Source: an uncultured Peptostreptococcaceae bacterium
GTDB lineage: Bacteria; Bacillota; Clostridia; Peptostreptococcales; BM714
Assembly: GCA_964484935.1 (NCBI GenBank)
Contig: CAZAFW010000001.1
Location: 135,654 to 199,653, forward strand
Reading direction: 5' to 3'
DNA: 64,000 nucleotides
A model generated the notes under the pieces. It saw only the letters and a list, made by a program, of their open reading frames with translations, was not told where the DNA came from and made no database searches. A program made the position numbers and the translations under genes. Below are positions 33,884-44,952 of the stretch, piece after piece (the stretch's first letter is position 1; each line of letters starts with the position of its first letter).

Positions 33884-35371
33884 TCATATTTGTTTGTCTG
33901 TATTGTCCAGGATTTTTTTAGTTCTTATTTTTCTTTCCGCCATTTCAACCGGTGATTCAATATAGTCCCTCACCTGCTTGTAGTTTGCCGTCCTTAATAT
34001 TCTGTTTTCTTCAAGTGATACGAATTTTGTCATCACTCCAGACCCGAAGGCAATTACCGTTTGAAGGTCGTTCATCATCTGTATGTTGTAAAGACATTCC
34101 TTACCGGGTTTTGCATATCCTATGTTCTCCATGTTTCCAAGCATGTACTTTTGCCTGTACATATAGTATGGCTCCATACCCAGTGAAACTGCTCCGTTTT
34201 CAGCAATGTTAATCATTTGGGCAACAGCATCCTCGCCAGGAAGCATTTGCACTAAGGAGCTCTTCCTCATTTCGGCATTCTTCTTCAAAGCCAGAGTGTG
34301 TACCGTCAAATTGTCCGGCCTTATTATTGATACATTTTTCATTGTGGATTCCATTTCAGGGATATCTTCTCCCGGAAGCCCGACTATCAAGTCCATATTT
34401 ACTGAATTGAATCCGTACGGCTTGACCATTTCCCATGCTTTGTGCACATCCTCGGATGTATGGCCCCTCCTTACCGTTTCCAAAGTCTTGTTGTTGAATG
34501 TTTGCGGATTTATGCTTATTCTGTCTACACCTGAATTTTTCAACACGGACAGTTTCTTTTCATCTATTGTATCAGGCCTTCCGGCTTCTACTGTAAATTC
34601 CTTCAATCCGCTTAAATCAAGTGTCCCGTTCAAAACGTCCAAGACTTCCCTTAGCATGGGGGCTGACAGTTCCGTGGGTGTGCCTCCACCCATGTAGACC
34701 GTTTCGATTTCATGGTGCGCAATTTCTTTTGCGTAGCGTCTTATTTCCACCGCCAAAGCCTTCACGTACTTTTCTTTCATGCCGTCTGCCGCATTCACCT
34801 TTGTCGGGAATGAACAATAGAGGCATTTGCTGGGACAAAAGGGTATCCCTATATAAACTGAAATTTTTTTTGGATCCGGAGGATAAATAAAATCGTGCTC
34901 CAGACCTGCAACCCTCATGAGGAGATTTATTTTTTCTTTTGAAATCAAATATTCGCTTTCCAATTTAAATCTTATCTCTTCCTGATTCATTCCGCTTTGA
35001 ATCATTTCATGGACAAGCTTGGACGGCTTTATTCCCGTCAGGGTCCCCCACGGAAGAATATTCGCGCTTTCATCCCCGAGAATAGTCTTTACCATCAAAT
35101 GCTTCAACCTTCTGCGCACTTGCCTTTTGTTTTCCCGCGCGTCCCCTGAAGGCTTTTTGACTGTTTCGCTTTTTTCAGAAATTGCGTTTTTTTCGTTCTT
35201 CCATACTACTCTCAAATTGAAGGCATCTTCTTCCCTTTTGTGGATTATTGCCAAAAAGGGACCGCATGCATCCAGGTCCCTCGTAGCTTCCAAATCTTCA
35301 GTTTTAAAGATTGCCTTTGCCAAAGCCTCTATATCGTAACGATAAGTCGAATCCGTCATGTATATCTTCAT
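33884..35371 (-). CDS. hemZ: HemN-like radical SAM protein, HemZ subfamily (coproporphyrinogen dehydrogenase-like)
   Basis: Radical SAM motif CPSKCLYCSF, …GGGTPT…, and the HemN_C region. A long N-terminal extension is typical of HemZ. Confidence 0.8.
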   Translation of the reverse strand: MKIYMTDSTYRYDIEALAKAIFKTEDLEATRDLDACGPFLAIIHKREEDAFNLRVVWKNEKNAISEKSETVKKPSGDARENKRQVRRRLKHLMVKTILGDESANILPWGTLTGIKPSKLVHEMIQSGMNQEEIRFKLESEYLISKEKINLLMRVAGLEHDFIYPPDPKKISVYIGIPFCPSKCLYCSFPTKVNAADGMKEKYVKALAVEIRRYAKEIAHHEIETVYMGGGTPTELSAPMLREVLDVLNGTLDLSGLKEFTVEAGRPDTIDEKKLSVLKNSGVDRISINPQTFNNKTLETVRRGHTSEDVHKAWEMVKPYGFNSVNMDLIVGLPGEDIPEMESTMKNVSIIRPDNLTVHTLALKKNAEMRKSSLVQMLPGEDAVAQMINIAENGAVSLGMEPYYMYRQKYMLGNMENIGYAKPGKECLYNIQMMNDLQTVIAFGSGVMTKFVSLEENRILRTANYKQVRDYIESPVEMAERKIRTKKILDNTDKQI

Positions 35372-35375
35372 TAAA

Positions 35376-36008
35376 TCAATTCCTCATCTGCAATATGAAT
35401 GGATTGCTCTTTCTTTCGATTCCTATTGTTGTTTCGGGTCCATGACCCGGAAATACTCTTGTCTCATCCGGAAATATCATGAGCCTGTCCATTATCGACG
35501 ACATAAGGGCCCCCATCGAACCCTTGTCCAGGTCCGTTCTTCCAATTGAACCTCTGAAAAGAGTGTCTCCCGAAAAAAGCGCATCCTCTATTTGAAGGCA
35601 TATCCCTCCTGCGGAATGTCCCGGAGTATGAATGACAACGGCAATTACGCCGTCTACCCTTATAGTATCTCCGTCTTTCAGCAAGCCGTCTTCATGAAAG
35701 CTTATGTTGTCACCTCCGGACATTGCGGACATGTTTCTTTGCGCATCGTGCAGCATGTATGCGTCTTTTTTATGGATCAGAATCTCCGCATTCGTTATTC
35801 GCCTTAATTCTTCGGCTGCCCCGATATGATCCAGATGTCCGTGTGTCAAAACGATTTTTTTCGCTTTGAGTTTACGCTTTTGTAGATATGCAACTATGTC
35901 TTTAACATTTCCGCCCGGATCCACAACCATGGCTTCGTTCAATTCCCCACCATGTACAATATAGCAATTTGCCGCATAAATTCCTGTTACAAGACGTTCA
36001 ATCTGCAT
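35376..36008 (-). CDS. MBL-fold metallo-hydrolase (glyoxalase II-like)
   Basis: THGHLDHIG (HxHxDH), …HTPGHS…, …GDTLF…. Start set at ATG 36008 behind AGGTGGTG. Confidence 0.88.
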   Translation of the reverse strand: MQIERLVTGIYAANCYIVHGGELNEAMVVDPGGNVKDIVAYLQKRKLKAKKIVLTHGHLDHIGAAEELRRITNAEILIHKKDAYMLHDAQRNMSAMSGGDNISFHEDGLLKDGDTIRVDGVIAVVIHTPGHSAGGICLQIEDALFSGDTLFRGSIGRTDLDKGSMGALMSSIMDRLMIFPDETRVFPGHGPETTIGIERKSNPFILQMRN

Positions 36009-36018
36009 TTTGCACCAC

Positions 36019-36468
36019 CTAAAATTTTTTATTGCTGTCCACCAGCAGTGTGACAGGTCCATCATTTTGTATGTCCACAATCATGTGTGTTTTAAAAACA
36101 CCCGTTTCAACATGAATTCCAAGCATCTTCGCCTCTTCTACAAACATTTCATAAAGCTCGTTTGCAGGCTCCGGCTTAGCCGCGCAGGTAAATCCCGGGC
36201 GTCTTCCTTTTCGGCAGTCGCCAAGCAATGTGAACTGGGATATTACAAGCATTTCCCCTTTTATATCCAAAAGTGAAAGATTCATTTTTTCATTCTCGTC
36301 TTCGAAAATCCTCAGGTTTGCGATTTTATCCACCATGTATTTTGAATCCTTCGGGCCGTCGCCTTCCTCTACCCCCAAAAGCACTGTAAGCCCTTTTTCT
36401 ATTTCCCCTCTTGTCTCTCCATCCACCGAAACGCTCGATGTTGAAACCCTTTGAACAACAGCTCTCAT
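36019..36468 (-). CDS. dtd: D-aminoacyl-tRNA deacylase
   Basis: MRAVVQRVS…, …[10 protein letters not shown]…GRRP…F… are canonical Dtd motifs. Confidence 0.93.
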   Translation of the reverse strand: MRAVVQRVSTSSVSVDGETRGEIEKGLTVLLGVEEGDGPKDSKYMVDKIANLRIFEDENEKMNLSLLDIKGEMLVISQFTLLGDCRKGRRPGFTCAAKPEPANELYEMFVEEAKMLGIHVETGVFKTHMIVDIQNDGPVTLLVDSNKKF

Positions 36469-36478
36469 ATTTTTCCTC

Positions 36479-38662
36479 CTAGGAAGTCACACGCTTGACA
36501 TCCATTACTTCCGGTTTGTTCTTTAATTTGGTTATCAGTTTTTCCAATTGGCTTGTATCGAAAATTAGTATGGTCAAATTTATTATTGCCACTTTTTCTT
36601 TTGTTATCTTTGCATTGATTCCAACCACTTCAAGATTGACTTCCGATATTATGTTTGTGATTTCTGAAAGCAAGCCTTTCTTGTCAGGCGCCACGATCTG
36701 TATGCCTGTTTCATAGGAAGTGTCCTTGTCCATGTTCCATTCCACCTCTATGAATCGGTCGGCAGTCTTGTCTTCGTTCTTTATGTTTGGACAATCTTTT
36801 CGGTGAATCGTTATTCCCCTGCCTCGAGTTATGAAACCAATTATGTCGTCTCCCGGAACCGGACTGCAGCATTTTGCAAAACGGACCAATATGCTGTCTA
36901 TCCCCTTCACCGTTATTCCCTGATCCTGTTTTCGTTTCTTCTTGTCCGTTTTATCAGTTTTCTTTTTTGTCTTTTCAGCCAATTCCTCTTCTACTGTCAT
37001 TTTCTTGTCGTCTTTATGCTCAGCCCTGAATTTTTCCTTCAATTTAGGCATTACTTGATTAAGGGAAATGCCTCCATATCCCAAAGACGCATATAAATCT
37101 TCAATGGCATTGAGACTTAGCTTCTTTACCGCCGAATTGAGCCAATCGACCTGCAGAAACTCTTTTGTGGAGTATCCGAGTCTTTTGACTTCCTTTTCGA
37201 GCATGTCCTTGCCCTTTAAAATATTTTCCTCTTTCCTCTCCTTCTTGTACCACTGCCTGATTTTGTTTTTCGCCTGGGTGCTTTTTACAAATTTTAGCCA
37301 GTCCCTGCTTGGGCCGTTGGAATGGGCGCTGGTTATTACTTCTACGATATTTCCCGTTTTCAGCTTGTAGTCAAGCGGAACGATTCTTCCGTCCACCTTG
37401 CCACCTATGCAGCTGTTCCCGACTCCCGAATGTATCTTGTATGCAAAATCAACCGGCGTCGAGCCAACCGGCAGCTCTACTACATCTCCTTTGGGCGTAA
37501 ATACAAAAACCTGGTTTGTAAACAAATCTATCTTGAGGGATTCCACGAATTCCTTGGGATCCTTTAGGTCTCTCTGCCACTCGAGCATTTGCCTCAGCCA
37601 TGTAAGCTTCTTGTCTATGTTTTCCTCTTCCACTCGGCCTTCCTTGTATTTCCAGTGGGCCGCAATACCATATTCGGCTATTTTATGCATGTCTTCAGTT
37701 CTTATCTGTATCTCGAACGGCTCGCCTTTCGGACCTATCACTGTAGTATGAAGAGACTGGTACATATTGGTCTTCGGCATTGCTATATAGTCTTTGAATC
37801 TTCCCGGTATGGGTTTCCACAGAGTATGGACTATACCCAATACACCGTAGCAATCCTTTATGTTGTCGACAATTACACGTATGGCTGTTAAATCGAATAT
37901 TTCTTCGAAACTCTTGTTCTGGTAAACCATTTTTTTGTATATGCTGTAGAAATGTTTTGGGCGCCCGGTAATTTCATACTTGATTTCCATGTCAACCAGT
38001 GATTCGTCAAGCATGCTTATTACGCGCTTAATGTATTCTTCCCGCTCATCGCGTTTTTTGTTTACCTTTTCAATCAATTCATAGTAACCTTCAGGGTCTA
38101 TGAATCTGAGTGAAGTATCTTCAAGCTCCCACTTGATTTTCGATATTCCAAGCCTGTCGGCGATTGGAGCATAGATTTCTATCGTTTCCATCGCCTTTTC
38201 TTTTTTCTTCTCCTCATTCATATACTCGAGGGTCCTCATGTTGTGAAGCCTGTCTGCAAGTTTTATTATTATGACTCGTATGTCCTTTGCCATCGCCAGG
38301 AACATCTTTCTAAGATTTTCAGCCTGCCTTTCCTCTTTCGACTCATACTTGAGCCGGGTCAGCTTTGTAACACCGTCAACCAGCCAGGCGACTTCCTCTC
38401 CGAATTCCTTCGCTATCTCTTTATATTCGTACTTTGTGTCCTCAAGGACATCATGAAGCAAACCCGCGACTATCGTATTGTCGTCCATTTCAAGTTCAGC
38501 CAATATCAGCGCAACCTGCAAAGGATGAGTGAAATACTTTTCGCCGGATTTTCTGACTTGTCCCTCATGGGCGCTTTCAGCAAAGTGATAAGCTTTGATA
38601 ATATTGGTATATTCAATATTAGGATTATGCTGTTGTATTTGTATTATGAAATTCTCCAACAT
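36479..38662 (-). CDS. relA: bifunctional (p)ppGpp synthetase/hydrolase (RSH long form)
   Basis: HD domain (HPLQVA…LLHDVLEDT), synthetase domain (…YQSLHTTV…), TGS domain (…[12 protein letters not shown]…GSTPVDFAY) and a C-terminal ACT domain. Confidence 0.96.
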   Translation of the reverse strand: MLENFIIQIQQHNPNIEYTNIIKAYHFAESAHEGQVRKSGEKYFTHPLQVALILAELEMDDNTIVAGLLHDVLEDTKYEYKEIAKEFGEEVAWLVDGVTKLTRLKYESKEERQAENLRKMFLAMAKDIRVIIIKLADRLHNMRTLEYMNEEKKKEKAMETIEIYAPIADRLGISKIKWELEDTSLRFIDPEGYYELIEKVNKKRDEREEYIKRVISMLDESLVDMEIKYEITGRPKHFYSIYKKMVYQNKSFEEIFDLTAIRVIVDNIKDCYGVLGIVHTLWKPIPGRFKDYIAMPKTNMYQSLHTTVIGPKGEPFEIQIRTEDMHKIAEYGIAAHWKYKEGRVEEENIDKKLTWLRQMLEWQRDLKDPKEFVESLKIDLFTNQVFVFTPKGDVVELPVGSTPVDFAYKIHSGVGNSCIGGKVDGRIVPLDYKLKTGNIVEVITSAHSNGPSRDWLKFVKSTQAKNKIRQWYKKERKEENILKGKDMLEKEVKRLGYSTKEFLQVDWLNSAVKKLSLNAIEDLYASLGYGGISLNQVMPKLKEKFRAEHKDDKKMTVEEELAEKTKKKTDKTDKKKRKQDQGITVKGIDSILVRFAKCCSPVPGDDIIGFITRGRGITIHRKDCPNIKNEDKTADRFIEVEWNMDKDTSYETGIQIVAPDKKGLLSEITNIISEVNLEVVGINAKITKEKVAIINLTILIFDTSQLEKLITKLKNKPEVMDVKRVTS

Positions 38663-38719
38663 TTATATCCCTCTTTCCTCACAGTGAAAATTTAAATTCA
38701 TTATATACCAAAGGGCATT

Positions 38720-38757
38720 TTAAAACAATGCAGCGGGCAAATAGCATCCGCTGCATT
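38720..38757 (-). terminator. rho-independent terminator after apt
   Basis: Minus strand: AATGCAGCGG-N11-CCGCTGCATT followed by GTTTTAAAA. A second small hairpin (AACGGTT…AACCGTT, 38761..38781) precedes it. Confidence 0.7.
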
Positions 38758-38809
38758 GTAACGGTTAAATGGCAACCGTTTCCTTATTGTCATTGCATAT
38801 GGCAGGAAT

Positions 38810-39322
38810 TCAATATTTAACAACAGATTCAATCCTGTATTTTTCAAGCATATCCCTTCCATTTAGGAATTCCAGTTCCATGAGGAACAAAATCCCAGCA
38901 ACTTGCCCACCCAGTTTTTCAACCATTTTTACGACTGAAGCAATTGTCCCTCCTGTAGCGAGCAAATCATCGACAATCAAAACCCTCTGTCCTTTTTCTA
39001 TCCCGTCGACATGCATTTGCAAAACATCTGTTCCGTACTCCAGCTTATATTCATAGTCCAATGTTTCAGCGGGCAGTTTTCCGGGTTTTCTTACGGGGAC
39101 GAAGCCTTTTTTCATTTCATAGGAAATTGGAGCGCCTATCAAAAACCCTCTCGCTTCAGGCGCAACAATGACATCAAAGGATATGTCCTTGACTTTTTCA
39201 ATGCATGCATCTATAGATTTCTTGTAAGCCTCACCGTCTTTCAAAAGCGTCGTAATGTCCTTGAAACTGATCCCTTCCTTGGGAAAATCCTCAATAACCC
39301 TTATTTTATCTTTCAATTCCAT
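38810..39322 (-). CDS. apt: adenine phosphoribosyltransferase
   Basis: …[18 protein letters not shown]… and the PRPP loop [13 protein letters not shown]. Start set at ATG 39322 behind GGAGGAGG. Confidence 0.95.
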   Translation of the reverse strand: MELKDKIRVIEDFPKEGISFKDITTLLKDGEAYKKSIDACIEKVKDISFDVIVAPEARGFLIGAPISYEMKKGFVPVRKPGKLPAETLDYEYKLEYGTDVLQMHVDGIEKGQRVLIVDDLLATGGTIASVVKMVEKLGGQVAGILFLMELEFLNGRDMLEKYRIESVVKY

Positions 39323-39338
39323 GTCTTCCTCCTCCAAA

Positions 39339-41735
39339 TCATATTCTCTGCAAATATTCATTCAAATTCTTGAACAAACCGTTTTCAAATATGTCTATTT
39401 TTTCTTCAGGAGCCTCGCACACATCATATGTTCCGTTCTTAAAATCAATCAGCCCGCAATCCTTTAGTATCCAAAGAGATGCATTCAATTTGAGAAATGG
39501 CACTTCCACTCTTTTTTCAAGTTCCATTTGCCCTATTGGAGCGTTTTTCATTATAATCCTGTAAATATCGACAAGGTGCCTTCTGTCCGGAATCATTTCG
39601 CTTACCATACTCTCAAACGATTTTTGGTCCAAGGGTTCAGACATGTCGATGCAATCCGTTTTACATGCCATTTTATACCCGTCGAAATTGATAATTCTTT
39701 TGTAGCCTCTATCTTCAATCAAGTCATTGTCCGGTAGAACCGCTATATGAAATCTTGCATCTTGCGCTTCCTCGTTTCCAAAATAGAAATTTTCATTAAT
39801 TTTAAAATTTGTGGCAAGATGTTCTTCCATATATTGAACAAGTCTGTACAAACCGTCCAGCGTATATACCGCCACAAGGGTTCCATCCTCAAGCAGCATG
39901 TCCGAAATTGATTTCTTTACTTTTTTTGCCCCTTCTTCACCGAAAAAATCATCCCTTTGAAATGCTCTTTTAATGAATGCCGGAAAAGCGTCAAGATATC
40001 TTCTGCCTAAATCGCCTTTTGCGTAACATGCCGTTTCTTTAATTCTGATGTCCTTGAGATTAAGTTGAATTGATTCGACATTCCTGAATACGTTCTTTTC
40101 AAGATTAAAAACGACATCCATATTTTGATTTCTTTTTAAAAAAGGGCTGTATTTGTCCATATTGAAGCCTATGGCGTCGAAAACCCTATTGTTTTCTGAC
40201 AAAGAGGCCTTAAGATGCTTTCCATTCTTACCCACATATCTGAAACTGTCTAATTTCAAATTTCTCAAAACAAACTTTGGGCGTGGGTTTCCGCATCCGA
40301 ACGGTGCCAGGAAGCCTATTTCATCAATTGTATTGAAATCGATATTTTTGGGGTCTGCCACAGAATCGACATCAATTTTCGCTTCCAGTTCGGATTCAGA
40401 GATGCTCTCCATAGCCAAAACCTCTAATTCCTTTTTGAATGAATTTATATTGTCCTCGGCTATTGAAAAACCGGCAGCATATTTATGCCCGCCGAATTTG
40501 ATGAAGTACGATCTGCATGAATCGAGCAATGCATAAAGGTCTACCATGCCAAAAGAACGGCACGAGGCTTTGCCTATGGATTCATCAATTGCTATCATAA
40601 CAACCGGCCTGTGATATTTTTCGCTTATTTTAGACGCAACTATTCCTATTATTCCAGAATCCCAGCCCTTCTTGCCGACTACAATTATATTTTGCCCGTT
40701 TAATTTACCTTCTTCTATCAGTTCTTCGGCTTCGACTCGTATATTTTCTTCAATGGACTGTCTTTCCATATTCATATCATTCAAAAGGTTGGCCAATCTA
40801 TCTGCATTGCCTGTATCCTGCGACAAAAGAAGATCCAATGCGATGTCCGCACTACCCAACCTTCCGGCTGCATTGATTCGAGGCGCCAGCATAAAGGCGA
40901 TATTCCCGGCATCAACAGGTCTGTCTCCAAGTCCCGAAACATCCCTTAAAGCAATCAGGCCCGGATTCATGCTCACACTCAGCACTTCAAGGCCTTTTTT
41001 AACAATGATTCTGTTTTCATCAGTCAATGACACCACATCTGCAACCGTACCCAGTGCCGACAATTCCAGATAGGGTCCCAGATCATCTTTTTCGCCAAGA
41101 AGCGCCTGAACCAGTTTGAAAGCTATTCCAGCTCCCGCCAATTCCGTAAAGCCGAAACCGCAATCGTCCCTTTTGGGATTGACAACTGCGCAAGCTTTAG
41201 GAAAATCTGCCGGAGGCTTGTGGTGGTCTGTAACGATAACATCCATTCCAAGGCTTTTTGCGTATTCTATTTCATAATATGAGGATATTCCGCAATCCAC
41301 CGTTATAATCAGTCCGCATCCCCTTTTAGATATGATTTCAACGGCCTCACTGTTTAGCCCGTATCCTTCTGTTTTTCTATCGGGTATATAGTGGATTGCT
41401 TTTCCGTATCCAATATTCCTGAAATATATCGATAATATGGCAGTAGATGTCACTCCATCTACATCATAATCTCCATAAATACAAATGGTTTCATTTTCAT
41501 TTACGGCTTTTTTTATTCTTTCAACAGCCTCATCCATGTCCTTCAGATCAAAAGGATTCCTCATGCTGTCCATTGACGGATTCAAATAAACTTTTGCATC
41601 ATTTGGCTCCGCCATATTTCTACTGCAAAGAAGGGAGGCTGTCATATCACTTATTCCAAATGCTTTGACAAGCCTACCGACATCTGCCGGATCAGGTTTT
41701 GGCTTGATTTCCCATCTATTGCTTTTCAATATCAT
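39339..41735 (-). CDS. recJ: single-stranded-DNA-specific exonuclease RecJ
   Basis: DHH motifs (…[12 protein letters not shown]…, …ITVDCGI…, …VTDHH…) and the DHHA1 motif (…GGHKYAAG…), with a long C-terminal extension as in Firmicute RecJ. Confidence 0.93.
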   Translation of the reverse strand: MILKSNRWEIKPKPDPADVGRLVKAFGISDMTASLLCSRNMAEPNDAKVYLNPSMDSMRNPFDLKDMDEAVERIKKAVNENETICIYGDYDVDGVTSTAILSIYFRNIGYGKAIHYIPDRKTEGYGLNSEAVEIISKRGCGLIITVDCGISSYYEIEYAKSLGMDVIVTDHHKPPADFPKACAVVNPKRDDCGFGFTELAGAGIAFKLVQALLGEKDDLGPYLELSALGTVADVVSLTDENRIIVKKGLEVLSVSMNPGLIALRDVSGLGDRPVDAGNIAFMLAPRINAAGRLGSADIALDLLLSQDTGNADRLANLLNDMNMERQSIEENIRVEAEELIEEGKLNGQNIIVVGKKGWDSGIIGIVASKISEKYHRPVVMIAIDESIGKASCRSFGMVDLYALLDSCRSYFIKFGGHKYAAGFSIAEDNINSFKKELEVLAMESISESELEAKIDVDSVADPKNIDFNTIDEIGFLAPFGCGNPRPKFVLRNLKLDSFRYVGKNGKHLKASLSENNRVFDAIGFNMDKYSPFLKRNQNMDVVFNLEKNVFRNVESIQLNLKDIRIKETACYAKGDLGRRYLDAFPAFIKRAFQRDDFFGEEGAKKVKKSISDMLLEDGTLVAVYTLDGLYRLVQYMEEHLATNFKINENFYFGNEEAQDARFHIAVLPDNDLIEDRGYKRIINFDGYKMACKTDCIDMSEPLDQKSFESMVSEMIPDRRHLVDIYRIIMKNAPIGQMELEKRVEVPFLKLNASLWILKDCGLIDFKNGTYDVCEAPEEKIDIFENGLFKNLNEYLQRI

Positions 41736-41750
41736 TTAAACTCCTGACCA

Positions 41751-42122
41751 TTATTTTTTCTCCACAGCGTCTTTCCCAAGTTCCTCTTTTGCTTTTTCCG
41801 TTCTTTTGGCATCTTCTTCTTCCAATTTGGCCTTTTCTTCAGCAGCTTTGTTTTCCGCCTTTTGGTAACCCTCTATTTCTTTTTCAAGAACCTTTATTCT
41901 GCCGTTTAGTTTTCTGGTTTTCAGACCGCTCTTTAATTTGCTGAATATGGCAAAAAGCCCCATTATAAGCGCGCCGAATGCCGCCGAAACAAGTATTACC
42001 ACCGACTGGGCGACTTCCACCTTTCCAACAAAGTAGCTTATTTCTATCATTGACGAATTTATAACTGCGAAAAGTGCAACAACTACTGCAAACAAAAGCG
42101 ACAATATGAAATAAATTTGCAT
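41751..42122 (-). CDS. LapA/DUF1049-like small membrane protein with K/E-rich coiled-coil tail
   Basis: Two TM segments (MQIYFILSLLFAVVVALFAV…, …VVILVSAAFGALIMGLFAIF), then KVLEKEIEGYQKAENKAAEEKAKLEEE. Confidence 0.6.
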   Translation of the reverse strand: MQIYFILSLLFAVVVALFAVINSSMIEISYFVGKVEVAQSVVILVSAAFGALIMGLFAIFSKLKSGLKTRKLNGRIKVLEKEIEGYQKAENKAAEEKAKLEEEDAKRTEKAKEELGKDAVEKK

Positions 42123-42220
42123 GGCTTTCCCTCCTGTTATTTAATATTAATGACTTCTATATTCATACCCATTTTCCTTCAATGTCATTTAATTTTTATT
42201 ATAGGTCTGAGGTGAAATTC

Positions 42221-42244
42221 AAATGGCGGCATATGCCGCCATTT
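42221..42244 (-). terminator. hairpin terminator after secF
   Basis: AAATGGCGGC-ATAT-GCCGCCATTT is a perfect palindrome. The minus-strand tail TTTGAATTT is only moderately U-rich. Confidence 0.55.
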
Positions 42245-42264
42245 GATCCGTTCGATTTTGTCCG

Positions 42265-43152
42265 TTATGCGGCTTTGTAGCTGTGTTTCTTGCTTTCGTG
42301 GTTTTTCCAGATTGCCCAAACCGGGCTCGCTATGAAAATAGAAGAGTATGTTCCTGTAAGTACTCCAGCCAAAAGCGGCAGGGCAAATTCCTTTATAGAC
42401 TCCACTCCCAGCACATAAAGGCTTCCTATTACAAGCAAGGTTGTAAGCGATGTGTTCAAAGACCTTCTCAGTGTTTGCCTTATGCTTATGTCCGCTACTT
42501 CAAAATGGCTCTTTTTATTCATATACTTTATGTTTTCCCTAAGCCTGTCGAAAACTACAATTGTATCGTTTATTGAATATCCCACGATTGTAAGAATTGC
42601 CGCTATCACAGAACTGTTGACAGGTATTCTGAAAATCGAATATATTGCCATTACTATAAGCACATCGTGCATAAGGGCAATTATTGCGGAAATTCCGAAT
42701 TTGTATTCAAAACGGAAAGTCACATACATAAGCATTCCGATTGACGCAAGCAATATGGAAATCAACGCCTTTTCCTTTATCTCATCCCCAATTGCAGGCC
42801 CGAACTGTTCCGTTTGTCCGAATGCAGAATCATCGATTCCGAATGCCTCTTTTGCCGAATCAAATATTTCTATCCTTTCAGCATTCGAAAGATTTACTTT
42901 TGTCTTTATTATAACTTCATGATTTTCAGATCCCGCGTGTATTATGTCCGCGTCGAGTTCGTACGGGGCAAGAACCTCCTGTATTTCCTCGACATTGAAC
43001 TCTCTTCCCATATCGAATTGCATCATTGTTCCGCCTGTGAAATCGATTCCGAAATTCAACCCGGAAGCTATGGCCACAATCAATCCGATAATGATGATTG
43101 CCGAAGAAATCCCAAACCATATCTTGTAATTTTCGCAAATTTTAAATTTCAT
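42265..43152 (-). CDS. secF: protein translocase subunit SecF
   Basis: …GIDFTGGTMMQF… followed by an RND-like 6-TM bundle. Directly follows secD. Confidence 0.94.
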   Translation of the reverse strand: MKFKICENYKIWFGISSAIIIIGLIVAIASGLNFGIDFTGGTMMQFDMGREFNVEEIQEVLAPYELDADIIHAGSENHEVIIKTKVNLSNAERIEIFDSAKEAFGIDDSAFGQTEQFGPAIGDEIKEKALISILLASIGMLMYVTFRFEYKFGISAIIALMHDVLIVMAIYSIFRIPVNSSVIAAILTIVGYSINDTIVVFDRLRENIKYMNKKSHFEVADISIRQTLRRSLNTSLTTLLVIGSLYVLGVESIKEFALPLLAGVLTGTYSSIFIASPVWAIWKNHESKKHSYKAA

Positions 43153-43166
43153 CTTTGCTCCCCTCC

Positions 43167-44420
43167 CTATGCGCCGTACATCTTGACATTTTTAGTCAAA
43201 TTCATGCCCACAAAAATCCTGAGTAGCATTTTTGTAACTACAACAGCCGTGAACATGCTTGCTACAATACCTATCATAAGTGTTATTGCAAATCCTTTAA
43301 TCGGACCAAGCCCGAAATAGTAAAGCACAATTGCGGCTATAAGTGTAGTCACGTTGGCATCGACAATAGTCCTCAATGCCTTTGTGAATCCCGAGTCAAC
43401 AGACGCCCTTAGCGTCTTGCCATTTCTGATTTCCTCTTTTATGCGTTCAAATATTATTACATTCGCATCCACTGCCATTCCTATGGAAAGAACCATTCCC
43501 GCCACTCCGGGAAGCGTCAGTGTGGCATTCATAAATACAAGGGTGTAAAGAACAATCACAATATAGAGCATAAGGGCTATGCCCGCCACAAGTCCGGGTA
43601 TCCTGTAGTAGCCAAGCATGAATATAAGCACCAGCAATAGGCCTATGAGTCCGGCCTTGGCGCTTGTATTGAGTGAATTTATTCCAAGTGTCGCCCCAAT
43701 CGCCTTGGTCTGAACTTCCGTCAAATCAACCGGCAAAGCTCCTCCTCTTATCAGTGCGGCAAGATTCGAAGCTTCGTCTACAGTAAAATCTCCTACTATT
43801 ATTGCAGTTCCTCCAGATATTTCACTGTCAACCCTGGGAGCTGAAATTATTTCGTCATCGAGCACTATTGGCATCAAATTGTTTGGAGACGCCAAACTTG
43901 CCACTTCCTTGGTTCCAAGCCTGAAAGCCTCAGTACCGTCTCCGTTGAATTCAAGCGCTACGGCAGGCTTGTCCGTCTTCGGATCAAACGTCAATTCCGC
44001 ATTCTTGACTTGCTCTCCTGTCAGAATGACAGTCCCATCAACCATTACAAACTGCAGCTGAGCGGTCTTGCCTATTGCCTCTATAGCGTCCTGCGCGTCT
44101 CTGACTCCCGGAAGTTCGACTCTTATCCTTTTTGTCCCCTCTCGGACTATGTTCGGTTCCGTCAATCCCATTGCGTCAACTCGCCTTCTTATAACTTCCT
44201 GGGTTTGATCCATTGTCCTTGCCAAAGCTTCCCCCGTTTCATCGGTTTCCGCTTCCAAGACCACATATGCTCCACCCTCGATGTCAAGTCCTAGTTTCAT
44301 TGAATCGCTGATGGAACCAATCTTCAAATTCCCCGCATCGATGCCGTTTAAAGCTGTAAAAACTGCTGCAATTACAACCAAGACTACGACTATGAAAAGT
44401 GTGATGTTCTTTGTTTTCAT
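43167..44420 (-). CDS. secD: protein translocase subunit SecD
   Basis: …LGLDIEGGAYVVLEA…, a periplasmic P1 domain, and a C-terminal 6-TM bundle (…AVDANVIIFERIKEE…). Confidence 0.94.
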   Translation of the reverse strand: MKTKNITLFIVVVLVVIAAVFTALNGIDAGNLKIGSISDSMKLGLDIEGGAYVVLEAETDETGEALARTMDQTQEVIRRRVDAMGLTEPNIVREGTKRIRVELPGVRDAQDAIEAIGKTAQLQFVMVDGTVILTGEQVKNAELTFDPKTDKPAVALEFNGDGTEAFRLGTKEVASLASPNNLMPIVLDDEIISAPRVDSEISGGTAIIVGDFTVDEASNLAALIRGGALPVDLTEVQTKAIGATLGINSLNTSAKAGLIGLLLVLIFMLGYYRIPGLVAGIALMLYIVIVLYTLVFMNATLTLPGVAGMVLSIGMAVDANVIIFERIKEEIRNGKTLRASVDSGFTKALRTIVDANVTTLIAAIVLYYFGLGPIKGFAITLMIGIVASMFTAVVVTKMLLRIFVGMNLTKNVKMYGA

Positions 44421-44441
44421 AGCATCTTTCCTCCTTGTGTT

Positions 44442-44942
44442 TTATTTATAATCCGACGCCAATTCTACGTAATTTTTAGCTGAAACTTCAAAATAATCCA
44501 TTTCCTTTTTTGTCAGCGGTCGCACTACCTTGCCCGGCGTCCCCATGACCATCGATCCGCTGGGAATTCTCCGGCCCGGAGGCACAAGGCTCCCGGCTCC
44601 TATTATAACATCATCCTCTATGACTGCGCCATTTAAAATAATTGCGCCCATTCCAACCAAGACTCTGTCACCTATTGTGCATGCGTGGACTATGGCGCCA
44701 TGACCCACAGTCACATTCTCTCCCAATATGCATGGAAAGTCGCGCGAGATGTGCAATGTGCAATTGTCCTGTATGTTGGTTCCCTTTCCGATTTCCACAT
44801 AATTCTCATCTCCTCGGACAACGGTTCCGAACCATACATTTACATCTTCCTTGAGTATCACATTACCAACGATGTCTGCTGTTTCGGATATATAGCATGA
44901 GGAATGGATTTCCGGCATTATTCCTTTGTAGCTCTTTATCAT
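44442..44942 (-). CDS. gamma-carbonic-anhydrase-like / hexapeptide-repeat (LbH) protein
   Basis: Left-handed beta-helix repeats (…GNVILKEDVNVWFGTVVRGD…IGKGTNIQDNCTLH…VGHGAIVH…) with the YrdA/PaaY-like His pattern. Confidence 0.85.
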   Translation of the reverse strand: MIKSYKGIMPEIHSSCYISETADIVGNVILKEDVNVWFGTVVRGDENYVEIGKGTNIQDNCTLHISRDFPCILGENVTVGHGAIVHACTIGDRVLVGMGAIILNGAVIEDDVIIGAGSLVPPGRRIPSGSMVMGTPGKVVRPLTKKEMDYFEVSAKNYVELASDYK

Positions 44943-44952
44943 GTCTGCACCC